Part shown: piece after piece, positions 11,620-25,165 of the stretch
How positions within the stretch are numbered: position 1 is the stretch's first letter
How the letters are laid out: each line of letters starts with the position of its first letter
From: Selaginella moellendorffii
Taxonomy: Eukaryota; Plantae; Lycopodiophyta
DNA length: 64,000 nucleotides
Direction of reading: 5' to 3'
Assembly (NCBI RefSeq): GCF_000143415.4
Contig: NW_003314266.1
Coordinates: 2,006,463-2,070,462, forward strand
The notes under the pieces: model-generated
Databases searched by the model: none
What the model was told of the DNA's origin: nothing
The model's input: only the letters and a program-made list of their open reading frames with translations
Translations under genes and position numbers: made by a program

Positions 11620-13854
11620 AAAACTTAACTTGGCTAACAACTAATTGGTGTGATAAAGAAGAGAAATGCACCACATATCACATTATTTCTTAGGACTTGA
11701 TCTTCCTTTGATTCTTGGTACTTTTATACAATCAAGACTTGTGTCCAATCTGTGCTCTGTAAGGTGTTAGGACTCAAATTCTCCTTAGGTTGGATGTCAC
11801 AATAGCATATATGGATGTCTCAGTGGTTAATCAAACTATGCTAAGAGGCACACACCAATTGCTTAGGGAATTTGAAGATAAGAAAGAAAGTATTATAGAA
11901 TTTTACAACTATTTTTTAGCTGTACGGTGAATTATGCATTACAAGGAGCAAAATGCTTGCATGTTTTTTAGTGTAAAAGGGCTCTTTGATGCTTTGCTAC
12001 AACTTGATATAATATATATTTTGTAATGCACTAGACATTAGCAAGCAATCCAAGGGGATTGAATTTCAGATTTTTCTCTAAGCCCTTAGGTTTGGAGTTT
12101 ACACAGGTTTTGTGTTGGATTTCAATATGCGAGAAGCTAACTCTCATGGTGGTAACCATACTGCCATGGTAGGGCAAGTACAATTGAAGGCATTCATTTT
12201 ACTGGTAGTGGATGAGTTCCTGGTGAGAAATTCTTCCTATCTCTTTCTATGACTAGAATTATTTTATATAAAACAAAATAGTGCAAGATCCTGCATGAGA
12301 ACTAGACTTGTGCTTCAGGAGCTGTCACCATTATAGATCAATGACCCCACTAATTCACAAAGGTTAATAAGAAGCCACTTAGGGATGTTAAAAATCACAA
12401 TTATAAATCTATTGGTAGGTAAACTTTGCACTTTTTAATGTTTTACATGTTATTTCAAGTATGTGTTCTTAATATGATGTGGATAGCAAATAACAACACA
12501 CTAGGAATGGGTATGGGGAATGTTAAGCATGGTGAGGTGCTAGGAATCTAGGTGTTAGATGGCTTATTTTGAATTTTTTTGCCCCATAAAAATCTTGGCC
12601 AATGTATTTGTAGCTACTTGGAACCTTTTTGGCTCAAATTTAAACTTTTGAGAACTTTTATTAAAGCTTGCCAACCACCAGCATTTTACTAGGCATTTCT
12701 TTGAACATTCAAAAGCTTTAAATAGCTCCAAAACCATTTTGCTCTCTTTGTAGTAGCAATGAAGTCCACAACATGTAAACACTACTTGAGCATTTAGCAT
12801 ATTCTTACACTTTGCATAAGCATCAACCAAGGTTTTTTTCTCTTGCCTAGGATACAGCAAGTAGGGTGAGAGAAAACTATATAGCAATTACCCCTCAATA
12901 TGTAGGCAATCTACATTAACATTACTACCAACAATAGGCATAAGTGAGAGCCAAAGGTATGTGTTTATTTTCTTCTCTCTACGAAAGTAATTTTAGGTTA
13001 CAACTATCATCGTAATAATAGATTTTTTGTGTAGAAAAAGTATGTAAATTTTTGTTGCAAAGTTTTTTCTTCTGTATCTTTGATTTGAGTCAAGATTGCA
13101 TGAAGCAAGGAAAACTGAAAAGGGTGGATATTGAGAAGAGGAGACATGTGTTAAATAATAAACTTTGTCAACTGGCCAGCATTTGCTAGGCAATTTCTAG
13201 TCACAAATAGAAATTTGAAGTGTCATCACTTGTATACCATATGTTCAAATCCAAGATTTTCTTTTAATGTCTTGAAATATCAACCATCAGATTATAACTA
13301 TATTCACACATAATATTCTAGAAATGGAATAAAAGATGTCAGATGCCATATACTAATAAGGGAGTATCATGTGACTGTTTGACCAATGAAGAGAAACTTA
13401 ACCAAACTCATGAGCTTCAGCGAGCAAAGGGAGAACTAGAGCATTAGGAAATTTTATTTCATTTGCTATAAACTTTGAAACTAATCTAGATCATATAATA
13501 GTATCCCCTTATACGAGCCCATCTGTCTCTTTGAAGCTATTTTCATTTTCATCCATTTTATTAAAGCTTCTGAGTTTATTGCCAGCTTTTCTAAAACTTC
13601 TCTTTAGAGCACATTTAGTTCTCTAGACAATTTTAGCCACACGACCAACATTTCCAATGACTTTTAATATCCAATTAATATATGCCATATAAGCATTTGT
13701 TGATGTTCTCTCTTTGGTGATTTAAACTCTTCTTGTTTGTCACAACTTTCCTCCACTACATTTTCTTGTTCAATTTCACTATAACTTGCACTCTAGTACT
13801 TATACATTGAAATTGTATAACTGTTGTAAAAGAGAGGCATAGTTGGATAGGTAG

Positions 13855-15009
13855 TGTCACGAATGTGACTTCGGGTATCGAAAGATATCTATCGGCTAGT
13901 CCTTTCGGATATTCTTTCCTTACTGCCACGATGGCAGGAGGTCGGTATTGCTGGACCCGTTATTAGTTTCCCACTTGAGATAATTGAGAAACTAGTCAAT
14001 AACCGTGTACTTAAATCGGATAAACATAAGGTAGGAACCCTATGTGTTTCTTGCTGAGCATACTCGGCCTGGTTTGAGAAACTCCTGTCATTAGCTTGCA
14101 CTTGCTAGTATCAAAAACCCCCGTGAATTGAGATTAGTCCCTCAATATTGCTGAATGATAGTTTACCGTGTCTGCCAAACACCCTCGCTATCATGCCCTT
14201 TGTGTTCGTCTCATTTCGGTCCCAAATGCTATTTATGGAAAGTGTCCAGATTTTCTCATTTGGCATATCTACGGAATGTAGAGATTGACTTGAACACAAT
14301 GGTGTTCATCCCGTGTCCAAATTCGCAATCTAGCGCCATTCCATATTTAGTCAGTTTTGAGTTTGTTCCAGAGACTAACTCCTAATACTAAGGGAGGCTT
14401 GGGGTGAAAGCCCAAAGCATGTGTTCCTCAAAGGGGCGGGGGGGGGGGGGGTGTGGGGGGTTCCAAATGTATAGTAAGGATAGTGGGTAGGTTGGGCATG
14501 GCCGACTAACCTGAGGCATAGTCTAGCTCCTGCTTGCGTGCTTGTCCTTGTTCTGCGTTCGGCTTGGGTCAAAGCTCAAGTTCCATTCCATGCTAGCTGG
14601 TGGAGTACCCATGTCCTTGCATTAGGCCACCGGTATGCTGAAATAACACTAGACTTCGTTTGGCTCCGTTTTGTGCATTGGTCTTGGCATTGGGATGCTG
14701 GTTACTCTAGGATTGCTCTGGGCTTTTGTCCCTTCACTCCTTGGGCTTTATGCTCAGGAGTTGCTCCATGGTTCAGTTCCATCACTCCTTGGCTCCACGC
14801 TTGGGAGTTTGGCACCGTTCCTTTGTTTAGTGACCCAAGGCTTTGACCCACGGGTTTCACACCATTGTCCTGTGGACACGTGGCATGAACACGTGGCATG
14901 TGACACGTGGCATGTGTCACTTGGCATAAAGAGGGTTTAGGTTCTGCTTCGTAGTGTTATCCTATGGTAAATCACCATAGGATAAAGGGTAAAAACCACA
15001 TGCGCTACA
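13855..15009 (+). repeat. 5' LTR of the non-autonomous element
   Basis: TGTCAC...CTACA; direct repeat of 25166-26318. Confidence 0.93.
14875..14926 (+). promoter_or_regulatory. Tandem G-box/ABRE array (ACACGTGGCA x3 plus one variant) within the LTR
   Basis: GACACGTGGCATGAACACGTGGCATGTGACACGTGGCATGTGTCACTTGGCA; 3 units in the 3' LTR (~26198-26235). Confidence 0.55.
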
Positions 15010-15011
15010 TT

Positions 15012-15022
15012 TGGTATCAGAG
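15012..15022 (+). promoter_or_regulatory. tRNA-iMet primer binding site
   Basis: TGGTATCAGAG two nt after the LTR CA. Confidence 0.9.
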
Positions 15023-18000
15023 GATGAATCTCAGCGAGTATTATCCAATGAGATTGGGCAACTAGTCTCGTTGTATACGCAGAGATGAAAATGATGATCC
15101 GAGTGGGTACATGTTTTGGTGCAAAGGCTTCGCAATCGTTCCTTAGGTATGGTTTTTGTTACTTTTTTGTACCGTGATAATGTGAGCTTGCTCTTGGGTT
15201 CACAAGAGGGATTGAGTTGTTCCGTTCGCACGAGTTTGAGATTGGACTCGTGAGTGAGGCACATTAGCAACTCAAGAATACACTTTGAGTTGGCAAGATT
15301 AATGTTAGCCTATCAGTGGTTCTATGAGTTGTTCCAGTGGTTCCGTGAGTTGTTCCATGTACCATGGCTGAAAGTAAGCTTTCCCTGGGTTTGCTATGAG
15401 TGGTAAATAGGCTGGTCTGTAGTTGTTTAGCACAGCACTAGTGAATCCTTCCTAGGCGTGATTATAAGGGGATCAATCAAGACTGTAGGGATTAGTCTAT
15501 TGGTTCAAGTAGTCATTGCCGTGCTCTCTCATAAACTTTTCTTAGATTAGACTGAAGGTAGTGCGAAAGCAAGCTTGAGGTTTAGTCAAAGTAGAGACCG
15601 AAAAGAGAGTCCTCAGGAACGAAGGATCAAACACGTAAATCGTTTTCTCTTGGAGAGATAATTTGCAACGAGGTGTTAACTCATTGCTCATGTTCACATT
15701 ATGCAATCAAGAATCCCTACCTTGATGCATGTTGGTTATGGTGGTCTTACAAATGGTGAGTTGTGGGATGGATAGCGGTGAAGTGCTATACTATTTTGTT
15801 TAGGCTTGTTATTGGGTTACAATACTCAATTCTTTTCTGGGGAACCTTGTTATTGCTCTTTGAGTAACTTGGTGTTGGATTAATGTTGAGTTTGGTCGGA
15901 TAAAGAGTAGCATGAGCTTGTCTGTGTTGTGAATAAAAGTTAGTGGTGTTGGGTGTTGTAAATCTATATCAGTGGAGTGTGGCATTTATGTTGCATTTTG
16001 TCGAATCGAGTTGGCACTCGATAGTCACATAAACCTTTGTAGTAGTGACATAGGCATTGCTCGTGGTGATGCTCAATTGATGATCAAGTCATTGTGACTT
16101 TATATCATATCCATGTGATAGGGAGTGATGTGTTTACGAAGTTGCTTAGGTAAACGATGATCAACCCCAAAGTGGTTGATGGTGAAGTTAGTCTACTTGC
16201 ACAAAGTAGCACTGTAGTAGCTTTGACTAAATTTTCGATAGTTATCCATTATGCTAAGCTTAAGTTGGTTCCTTGTTTCCTTGACGGTTTGCCCATAAGG
16301 TGTTAGAAAAGGGTTATATCATTCACTTGCTATAACTTGTTAGTTTCTCTGTTAGCACTTGGAGTAAATTGTTGGATGGAAAAGATGTGTTGTTGAGGCA
16401 TTGACATCACTAACACTTGTGTTAGTGAAAGTGGCATTTTTGTTTCGAGTGATGAAGAATTTTCCTTAGACCTTGAATTTTCATGTCATTTTTCTTGTTA
16501 GTGTTTTGGCTTCACATTAGATCTTGAAGGTGGTTGAAGAAAAGTGTTAGTGCAATGTAGATGTCTAAAGATGTGGTTTTCGTGATCAAGCCTTAAATAT
16601 TCACTTTGCACTTTGCGAATGTCAGTGTTAGATGTCGGAAGTATGGGCAAAGATATTCAAGGCTTAAGCATACTATGGATCATGAGAATTGGTATTGAAG
16701 TGAACCTATGTGAAGTTGTTAGTAGGAGGAAGTTGGTTGAGTCTTGAAAGTTTGCATTCCTGGACTGAGAGTCATTTTTTCTCTAGGATGGAAAATTTTT
16801 CACAAATTTTCTTAGATTTTTCCAATGGCTGATCTGTTGATCACTTTGCCCGAAAACCATTCCATTTTCATAAGCCAGTACAAACTAGTGAAGGGGTTAG
16901 AGTTGACTTTGGTTGGCTTAGATTTTAGTAGGTAGCTTGTATGATGCAACTCGAAAGGGATGCTGACTTTTGGGACTAAGGCAATTGAGTTGGATAGAAT
17001 CTGGAGTTGATGTAGAAAAATGGTTGTTGCGCTTTTCTAGAAAGGTGACCCTTGTGCCTTTCTTCTGTAACATTATGCTTGGTGGCAGGTTGCACTTTGC
17101 ATTTCGTTAGACTCTATGAGAGTAGTGAGCTCTCACTGATCTTGACTTAGTCTTGGTGGCCCTACGCCTTGGTTGAGGATGGTGATATCCAATTTAGTTG
17201 TTTGCAGTTGAGATGTTGGTACCCGTACTATAGCTTTGTCTATGAGGAGGTTGTGTACCGATATGAATTCATCTCATGGTCATCACTTTAGTTTCGACTG
17301 AGTGCTGATCATGCATAGCTAGCCTCTTCAAGGCATGCTCAGAGCTAATGGCTAAATGCATTAGTGAGCTTATTGCGGTTGAGTTGGATTTGAGTGGTCA
17401 TTTTGTTATGCTTATCCATAAACCTTTATCTCATACTTGAGGTATTATGTTTATGATGGATGAGTATATGACTTGATGATATGAGCTTAGTGTTCAAGTT
17501 TTGTGAAGGCAAGTTGACAAGTGAGTGTTAGTTGTTTTGCAACTAGTGATTGCTTGTAGACTTTGTCAAGGGATTTTGACACTTGCTTCACTCAATGATG
17601 ATTTAGTAATGATGAGCTTGCTTTACTGGATGGTGTTGCGGAGGATTATGTTGTTAGACTTACATGGTTTCTTGTTCATATTGGCATGTTGATTCTATTA
17701 TCAATATCATATGGTTGCGTTTAGTTCATAGTTTTGGATTTCATTAAGTCTTGGATGTGGTGATTCATTCCTTGAGGAAGTGTTATCTATAACTGGTTTT
17801 GCAGAAGGATTAGTCTCGGATATTGACTAAAGTATCTTTGACTTTGGTTAACTTGGTTGTTGGAGAGTTTTGAGTGGTGATTCACTCTCGCTTTCTTCTA
17901 GCTTTGTCCTAGTGTTGATGGCATTGAAGTGATGCTCTGTCGTTGACATTATTGATGTTGAAACTTGAGTGAAATGAGATGTCTATCCTTAGGATTGATA

Positions 18001-18750
18001 TCGAGTTTCATTAATCTCCATAGAGATTGTGTTAATGATTTTGTTGTAGCTTTGTGTTGTTAACATTCGTGCAATTGCTAGTTAGCAACTATATTGACGT
18101 TCAAACAAGCTAAGTGGCAAATTTGAGTTAGTTGTGTCTAAACGAGATTATTTAGTAGGGGTTGAGCTTTGGCTTTTCCTTGAAAAGTGATTTAGTCGTG
18201 GACTATGCTAGCTTTATGAGATGAAGAGTTAGTGATCGATATTGAAATGTTTGAATCCTTATTGGATTTGAGTTGAAATATATCGATCATTGATGATTTT
18301 TCTTGTGCTTGTTATGAAGTGAGTTACGTTGTCAAGACCCCCAACAAGATCAAGACTAGAAAATGCTAAAGACAAAGAGAAAAGCTAGTGGAAACAAATA
18401 AGAGGCCTTAAACTGGCGTTGATTCAGATTGTGGAGAAATGGAATAAGGCTAACTTATATATACTATAGGTTGATGAAGCTCCACCACTCTTGGATCGAG
18501 GACGGCCTAAATATAGCTGAGGTCGAGGAGGCACCACATCAATATCAGGAATGTGGCTCGAGACTCAGGAATCGGGAAGTGTCTTGAGAGTCAGGAATAG
18601 AGAAGTGTCTCGAGAGTCAGGAATAGGGAAGTGTCTTGAGAATCATAAATGTGGTCTGCACGTAAGGAATCCAGTGAGAGTCAGGAATGTGGCAAGAATT
18701 GGGGGATTCCTGACAACACCCCCTTCTCAAGAACGAGTGGAACGAGGATG

Positions 18751-21442
18751 TGAATGAAAACAACGAGGAGGATGAGATGAGCGGCGAGGGATGGGAGATG
18801 GAGGAAAAGAATGAGGACTGGGACGACTAGGATAGCGGCGGTGGAAGTCCTGAACAAGGTCAGGAGAATGAATCAGGTTGTCCGCAGGTTCCTAAGTGCG
18901 TTCTTCAGGCCCGTAACCCTTCCAGTCGACCAGATAGTAGATTTTAGACCATGAAATCTTGGAATCAAGGATGTCCTGAACCTCATACTCAAACCCATCC
19001 TCGAGCTGCACTGGTGGAGGTGGAGGAATGACCCGATTTGGAATAGGACTGGGAATATAAGGCTCAAGGAGAGAGGAATGAAAAACGGGGTGAATTTGAA
19101 TCGTTCTGAATCGTTCGCTCGGACATCGTTCGCTCGGACTGCCCATCAGTTTGAGGATGATACGCCAAAGAGAGGTTGGCCTTCACTCCAAGCAGTTGCA
19201 AAAACCGTTGCCAGAAATGAGAGATGAACTGAGGCCCCCGATCCGAAACCACATCTGTAGGAATCCCATGAAGTCGGAAAATTTCCCTGAAAACCAGTTT
19301 TGCCATGTCCTTGCCCGAAAACTCCTTGGTACATGGCAAGAAGTGCGCCATCTTTGTGAAGCAATCCACCACGACTAAAATGCTATTGAAGCCTCCAGAA
19401 CTTGGAAGATCACTCAAGAAATCCATGGAGATGGATTCCCAAGGACCTAAAGGGACCGGAAGGGAACGAAGCAAACCTGAAGGAAGGTGGCGAGGTACCT
19501 TATTCCGGGCGCAAGTGTCACAAGAGGTAACAAAAGCTTTGATGTAGTCGTCCATGTGAGGCCACCAAAAGTCCCGTGCAACTAGCTCATAGGTTTTCGC
19601 AATGCCAAAGTGTCCAGCAGTCGGGCTATCGTGGCACGCCATTAGGACCAACCTTCGAGCATCACCTTCAGGAACGTAAAGTTGCTCCCCATGGTATAAT
19701 AAGCCATCTAAGAACTCGAACTCGTCAAATCGCCGGCAGTCGGGAGTCACAGGGTGTCCAGCCTGAAGATGGGGGAAAATGTCGCTAGTGAGATCATCGG
19801 ATTGAAGATCATTTCTGATGGCATCCATCAAGGAGGAGTCCTGAGGGGCCAGGGAAATTGCCATAACTTGAAGCCGATCAGGACCGATGATAATTTGATC
19901 CTGTTGATCAAAGGCAGGATTACCAGGCCTGAGACTGAGATAGGAGCGCCTTGAAAGAGCATCAGGAAGGCCTTGAAGCTTTCCAGGTCTGTACTTGATA
20001 ACAAAGTCAAACCGACTCAGGAATTGTGCCCACCTTGCTTGACGACGGCTTAAAACTCGGGAAGTGGCAAAGTACTCGAGATTTTTGTGATCCGTCCAGA
20101 CTGTTGTTTGATGGCCCGCCCCCTCCAAGAAACGGCGCCACTCTCCAAAGGAATCCACGATGGCAAGGAGCTCCTTGTCGTGGATTTCATAATTAATCTC
20201 TGCAGGCTGGAATTTCCGAGAATGGAAAGCAACCGGATGAAGTTCTTGATCCGCTCCAAGTTGAGACAACACAGCACCGATGGCAAAGTCGGAGGCGTCA
20301 GCCTCGATGAAGAAAGGTTGTGAGGAATTAGCATGGATCAAAACGGGAGCAGAACTGAAGGCTGCCTTGAGTGTGTCGAAGGCGTGCTGGGCAGCAGTAG
20401 ACCAAGAGAAGGGAACATCCTTGCGAGTGAGATGCGTGAGAAGAAGGACAATGTCAGAGTAGTGATCAATGAATTTGCGGTAGAAGTTGGCGAAGCCAAG
20501 GAAAACCTGAATGTCCGACATTGATTGTGGAGGCTCCCACTCGAGAATAGTCTTGACTTTGGCAGGATCCATCATGATACCCTCAGGAGTGACAATGTAC
20601 CCAAGGAACTCCACAGACTGCTGATTGAAGGAACATTTCTCAAGCTTTGCGTATAGGCCGTGTTCTCGCAGCTTCGCCAGCACCTTGCGTACATGTTTGT
20701 CGTGCTCCTCCTGAGTTCTTGAGTAGATGAGGATGTCATCGAGGTAGACGATCACCATCTGATCAAGAAACTCCCGAAAGACGTCGTTTGCCATGTGTTG
20801 GAAAACTGCTGGAGCATTTGTCAAGCCAAATGGCATGACAGTGTACTCGAAGTGGCCATAGCGGGTTCGGAATGCAATCTTCCATTCATCACCAGGCTAG
20901 ATCCGGATCAGGTTGTATGCGCCACGGAGGTCAATCTTGGTGAAAAAGCGGGCACTGCCGAGGCGTTCTAACAGGTCCAAGATCAGGGGCAGCGGATAAC
21001 GGTTCCGAACAGTCACCTTGTTCAAACCTCGGTAATCGATGACTAGCCGCAAACTCCCATCCTTCTTCTTGACAAAGAAGACAGGCGCTCCAGCCGGGGA
21101 CTACGAATGCTGAATGAACCCCGAGGCAAGGTTCTCATCCACGTACTCTTTGAGGGCTTTAAGCTCGGACGGGGATAACCCGTAGATAGGCCCCCACAGA
21201 GGTGACGCTCCTTCCTGTAAATCAATGGGACAGTCATAAGGCCGATGAGCAGGCAGTACACTAGCTTTTTTCTTGTCAAACACATCCCCAAAATCATAAT
21301 ACTTCTCAGGAAGACTGACAGGAAAAACATGCAAAGCAAAAAGGAAAATAGGTTCTTCATGAAGGAGTTCTTTCATAGTGATTGTGGAGATAGGAGGGGG
21401 GGGTACGACTAAATGAAATGATGAGACGAGGATACTGTCCAG
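18751..21442 (-). pseudogene. pol: pol of copy 2: in-frame stops in RT, ~470-bp deletion in the integrase C-terminus, chromodomain remnant
   Basis: ORFs 21101-21376, 19064-20836 and 18892-19146 colinear with copy 1 pol; TAG stops near 21101 and 20897. Confidence 0.9.
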
Positions 21443-22061
21443 TGTAAGATGGAAGAGAGGAAAAATAAGAGGGTGAAAACTTCGTAGAGTCAGGAACAGA
21501 ACCCCGATTTGAGTTTAGGGAACTTTTCCTGATTTGGACTCGATGAACAGCAGGGGAAGCCGTGGGAGATGGTGATGTGGGAGAGATGAGTTGTAAGTCC
21601 TTCCAACAAATCTGAGGCTGATGTAGTTGGAACCAAGGAAGACCGATCACCACAGAGGAGGACTTGCTGTTGATGATGTTGAAGGCGATATCGGTGACGG
21701 TGGACCCGATGTGTACTCGAATGGGCAACGTTTCCCTAAGTCCAGAAGATGGAGACACAAAATGCCCGCCGATGCCTTCAACCCTCAGATCCCATATAGT
21801 AGGAGAAAGAGGAACGTGATGTCGGGCAGCAAAGTCCGTGTCCATGAAGCAGGAAGTTGCACCCGAGTCCAGTAGCGCCAAAGCCTTGAGTCCTGATTGT
21901 CCGGTGAAAGAAAGGAGACATGGAATGTGGAAGTTGCGGGAATTGGTGGTGGCTTTGATGAAAGGTGGTGAGGAGCTTGATAAGGAAGAAAAGTGATTTT
22001 TCTTCCTTATCAGACAGTCCAAACAGACAGCTCCTACTCTGTTTGGACAGGGTCGTTTCCT
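21357..22061 (-). CDS. Protease ORF of copy 2 (-1 frame to gag)
   Basis: [13 protein letters not shown]; same frame relations as copy 1. Confidence 0.8.
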   Translation of the reverse strand, partial: RKRPCPNRVGAVCLDCLIRKKNHFSSLSSSSPPFIKATTNSRNFHIPCLLSFTGQSGLKALALLDSGATSCFMDTDFAARHHVPLSPTIWDLRVEGIGGHFVSPSSGLRETLPIRVHIGSTVTDIAFNIINSKSSSVVIGLPWFQLHQPQICWKDLQLISPTSPSPTASPAVHRVQIRKSSLNSNRGSVPDSTKFSPSYFSSLPSYTGQYPRLIISFSRTPPSYLHNHYERTPS

Positions 22062-23011
22062 GACTGTAACAGAGGTGGACTTTGAGGCAGAGTGAACTCG
22101 AGCAGTCGGGGAGGCTTCTTGGGACACACAGCTGCTTTGTGATTAGGATCAGCACAGTAGAGGCAAAGATTATGAGATATTCGACGTTGCTTCTCAGCAG
22201 GACTCAACTTCCCTCTAATGAGTCGGGGAGTACCAGAAATATCCATCGGGACCAGAGCAGTAGGTTCAGGACTATGCCCCGAAGACTCAAGTTGGGATTC
22301 CTGAGTCTGGGACGGAAAAACAGCGGCGCGGCGACTTTCCTGACGACGTTCAAAGAGACGATTGTCACATCGAACAGCTTTGCTGATGGCGTCCAACAGG
22401 TCCTTGGGATCCTCCATGGTGAGCAACAAATCCTTGACACCGTTGTTGAGGCCGAAACGAAATTGGTCAATCAGGGCCCACTCATCCCACTGAGTGTCCA
22501 AGGCAAGGAGTTGGAACTCTGCAGTGTAGATCGAGGCAGGACGAGACCCCTGAGAGAGACGTCTCATCTTTGTGGTAGCAGCCCAAACCCGATCCGTCTC
22601 GCCAAAACATGTTTCGAGCTTCTCTTTGAACAATTGAAGATCCATCAACTTTGGAACCACGACCCCTTTCATGCTCTTCTCCAGAAGAGGAGAAAACCAT
22701 GACAAAGCTGCACCCTTGAGCAACGTCCCAATCGCGCCGATTTGAGACTCGGGAGTGGGGTACCGCCGATGTTGAAGTGCAAAGATCATCTCCATTTGGT
22801 TCAAAAATCCACGAAGCTCCGAACGCTTGCCTAAAAATTTCGCCGGGAAACTCACCTTCGGTTCAGGAACTTTGCTGGATCCTTGAGCCGAAAGTGAAGC
22901 AAGCTCCTGCTGCATGCGAAGAAGGGTCACCTTCAGCTCAATATTCTCAGACTGGATTTTTGCAAGGACTTCGGCAAAGAAATCAAGATGGCTTGAAGAC
23001 TCCATTGGCAA
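22034..23011 (-). CDS. gag: gag of copy 2 (325 aa, uninterrupted, CCHC knuckle)
   Basis: Retrotransposon gag motifs plus [14 protein letters not shown]. Confidence 0.9.
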   Translation of the reverse strand: MPMESSSHLDFFAEVLAKIQSENIELKVTLLRMQQELASLSAQGSSKVPEPKVSFPAKFLGKRSELRGFLNQMEMIFALQHRRYPTPESQIGAIGTLLKGAALSWFSPLLEKSMKGVVVPKLMDLQLFKEKLETCFGETDRVWAATTKMRRLSQGSRPASIYTAEFQLLALDTQWDEWALIDQFRFGLNNGVKDLLLTMEDPKDLLDAISKAVRCDNRLFERRQESRRAAVFPSQTQESQLESSGHSPEPTALVPMDISGTPRLIRGKLSPAEKQRRISHNLCLYCADPNHKAAVCPKKPPRLLEFTLPQSPPLLQSGNDPVQTE

Positions 23012-25165
23012 GAAAAAAGAAAAGAAAGGGGGAAAAAGACAAAGGCAATCAAATAATCAAAACGAGCTAAAAGAAAAACAAAAAGCACAATCTGAATCAA
23101 ACTGTCAAGACCCCCAACAAAATCAAAACTAGAAAATGCTAAAGACAAAGAGAAAAGCTAGTGGAAACAAAAAAGAAGCCTTAAACTGGCGTTGATTCAG
23201 ATTGTGGAGAAATGGAACAAGGCTAACCTATATATACTATAAGTTGATGAAGCTCCACCACTCTTGGATCGAGGACAGCCTAAATATAGCTGAGGTCGAG
23301 GAGGCACCACATCAATATCAGGAATGTGGCTCGAGACTCAGGAATCGGGAAGTGTCTTGAGAGTCAGGAATAGGGAAGTGTCTCAAGAGTCAGGAATAGG
23401 GAAGTGTCTTGAGAATCAGGAATGTGGTCTACAAATCAGGAATCCGGCGAGAGTTAGGAATGTGGCAAGAATTGGGGGATTCCTGACATACGTCTTGCTA
23501 TAGATGGATTCATGGAGAATCGATTAGATGATCACTTGTTGAGCATATCTTCGTTATGCTTAGCTTTTGGATTGATGCAAATATGCTCTTCATTAGTTTT
23601 GGCATTATGAAGTTTAGCTTATGGATGTGTTGAAAAAAATGTTATGGGTTATACCATGATTTCTTCTTTAACATTGAAGTTAGTTCATGCACGACATGTG
23701 ATCATTATTAGGCAAGACTTGGCTATAGGCTTCTTCGAGCTTTTGGTTCCTTGAGTTTTCATGCTTATGGTCCATTTGTTAGAAGTTGTTAGGGAAGGCA
23801 TTTTTGCTCATTAGCTTCGATGTTGAAGTTGGCTTTGCATCTAGCAATCATTGGTGATGATTGACTATCATCTAGGATAATTGATTATCCTTGTCAAAAG
23901 GTTTTGTTTGATTGTTGTTGATATGAAATGATTTGCCATTCTTTGGGATGGTGAATTCCTCTTTGACAATGATTATGCATGTCTTCATTGATGGGATGAT
24001 TCATGATCTTTCATGATGGTTAGTTGTTCTCTTTGATAGTTTATGGCTTTTCGCAATACCACATATTGTTTGTGGTTTGCTTTGGATTGATCTCTTAGGT
24101 TCGAGACATCGATAGGATGTTGCTGACACTTGCTTAAGCAACTTGAGTCCCTTGGTGTCGTTGACCGGGATCTATTCGAATTGGCTCGTGTGATAGTTGG
24201 CATGAACAAGTGTTTGTTGGCCATGCAACATTCATTCTATTCTGTTGATTATTGCTCGAGTTTGCTTTGATAGATTCAGATGTTATTTCCTTCGGGTGAT
24301 ACATTCGCGAGTATTTTGCTTGCCAATCAATGATACTTTATGTTCTTTGAGTTCCCTTTCATAAGTTGTTTGGCATACTGTCTGCCATCTTCAGTAGTTA
24401 AGTTTTATCATTGAGTTTTCTTGATAATACGCTAACCATTGAATTTTGTTGGATGGTAAATCCTATATTTTCCACTGATAGTGATCTTGGTGGTTCCTAT
24501 CCTCTAATACTAGTTTATCAAATGATAACTTACTTGGAATACTTTTATGTTCTCATCTAAGATTTATTCACTGATAATTAAGTCTCTCAGATATCATTGT
24601 TTATGACTTTGATATTGTCCATTTATTGATCTTTGAGTTTGGGCCAGTATAGGCAAACTGGCTTTGGCACTTCATGTGTATGGTAAAATCTCTAGTCATA
24701 GGGTAGCTATTGTCGACTAGTCACATAACCCACCTCTCTGTCGATGTTCCTTATTTCGTTAAAAAAGAGCGTGACCGTGTAAACAACTCTAACTGCCTGT
24801 TTACAGTAATCTATCTAAACCTTACCGATGGGTTTGGTTTCTTTGCTCAGAAGAGTTGGGGCCTCTGGCTTCTCTCTCTATGTTCCTGCGAGCAGGGGCA
24901 TATCACACTTTTGTAAGCTGGGTGACACCCAGAGCAGCAAGGGTGGCCGACTCTGTTAGTCATTTCCTTGTCGGCGACGGCCGAAAGGTGTCTGAGCTGG
25001 TAGCGCATCTGCGTTAGACAAAGAGGTTACCCCTAACTCATTTAAGTTGATGCATTTCTCACATAGTGTGAATATTGTGAAATTTTCCAAGAGTTGTTTC
25101 CTTGGTGGTATTCTAGACTCAAGTGTGCATCGACGAGGACGTTGATCTTCCCTAGGGGGGGAGAG

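Larger units (their letters stand above)
18330..23488 (-). mobile_element. Chromovirus copy 2, bounded and internally deleted
   Basis: LTRs 18330-18715 and 23103-23488; TACGT TSD (18325-18329, 23489-23493); PPT after 18715; self-PBS 23086-23100 matching 23192-23206. Confidence 0.97.

Noticed and set aside
8250-13850. AT-rich region with short ORFs (e.g. 12564-12887) and a PPT-like tract at ~10325
   Set aside because: Probably old TE debris, but I could not support a family or boundaries apart from the TRIM.
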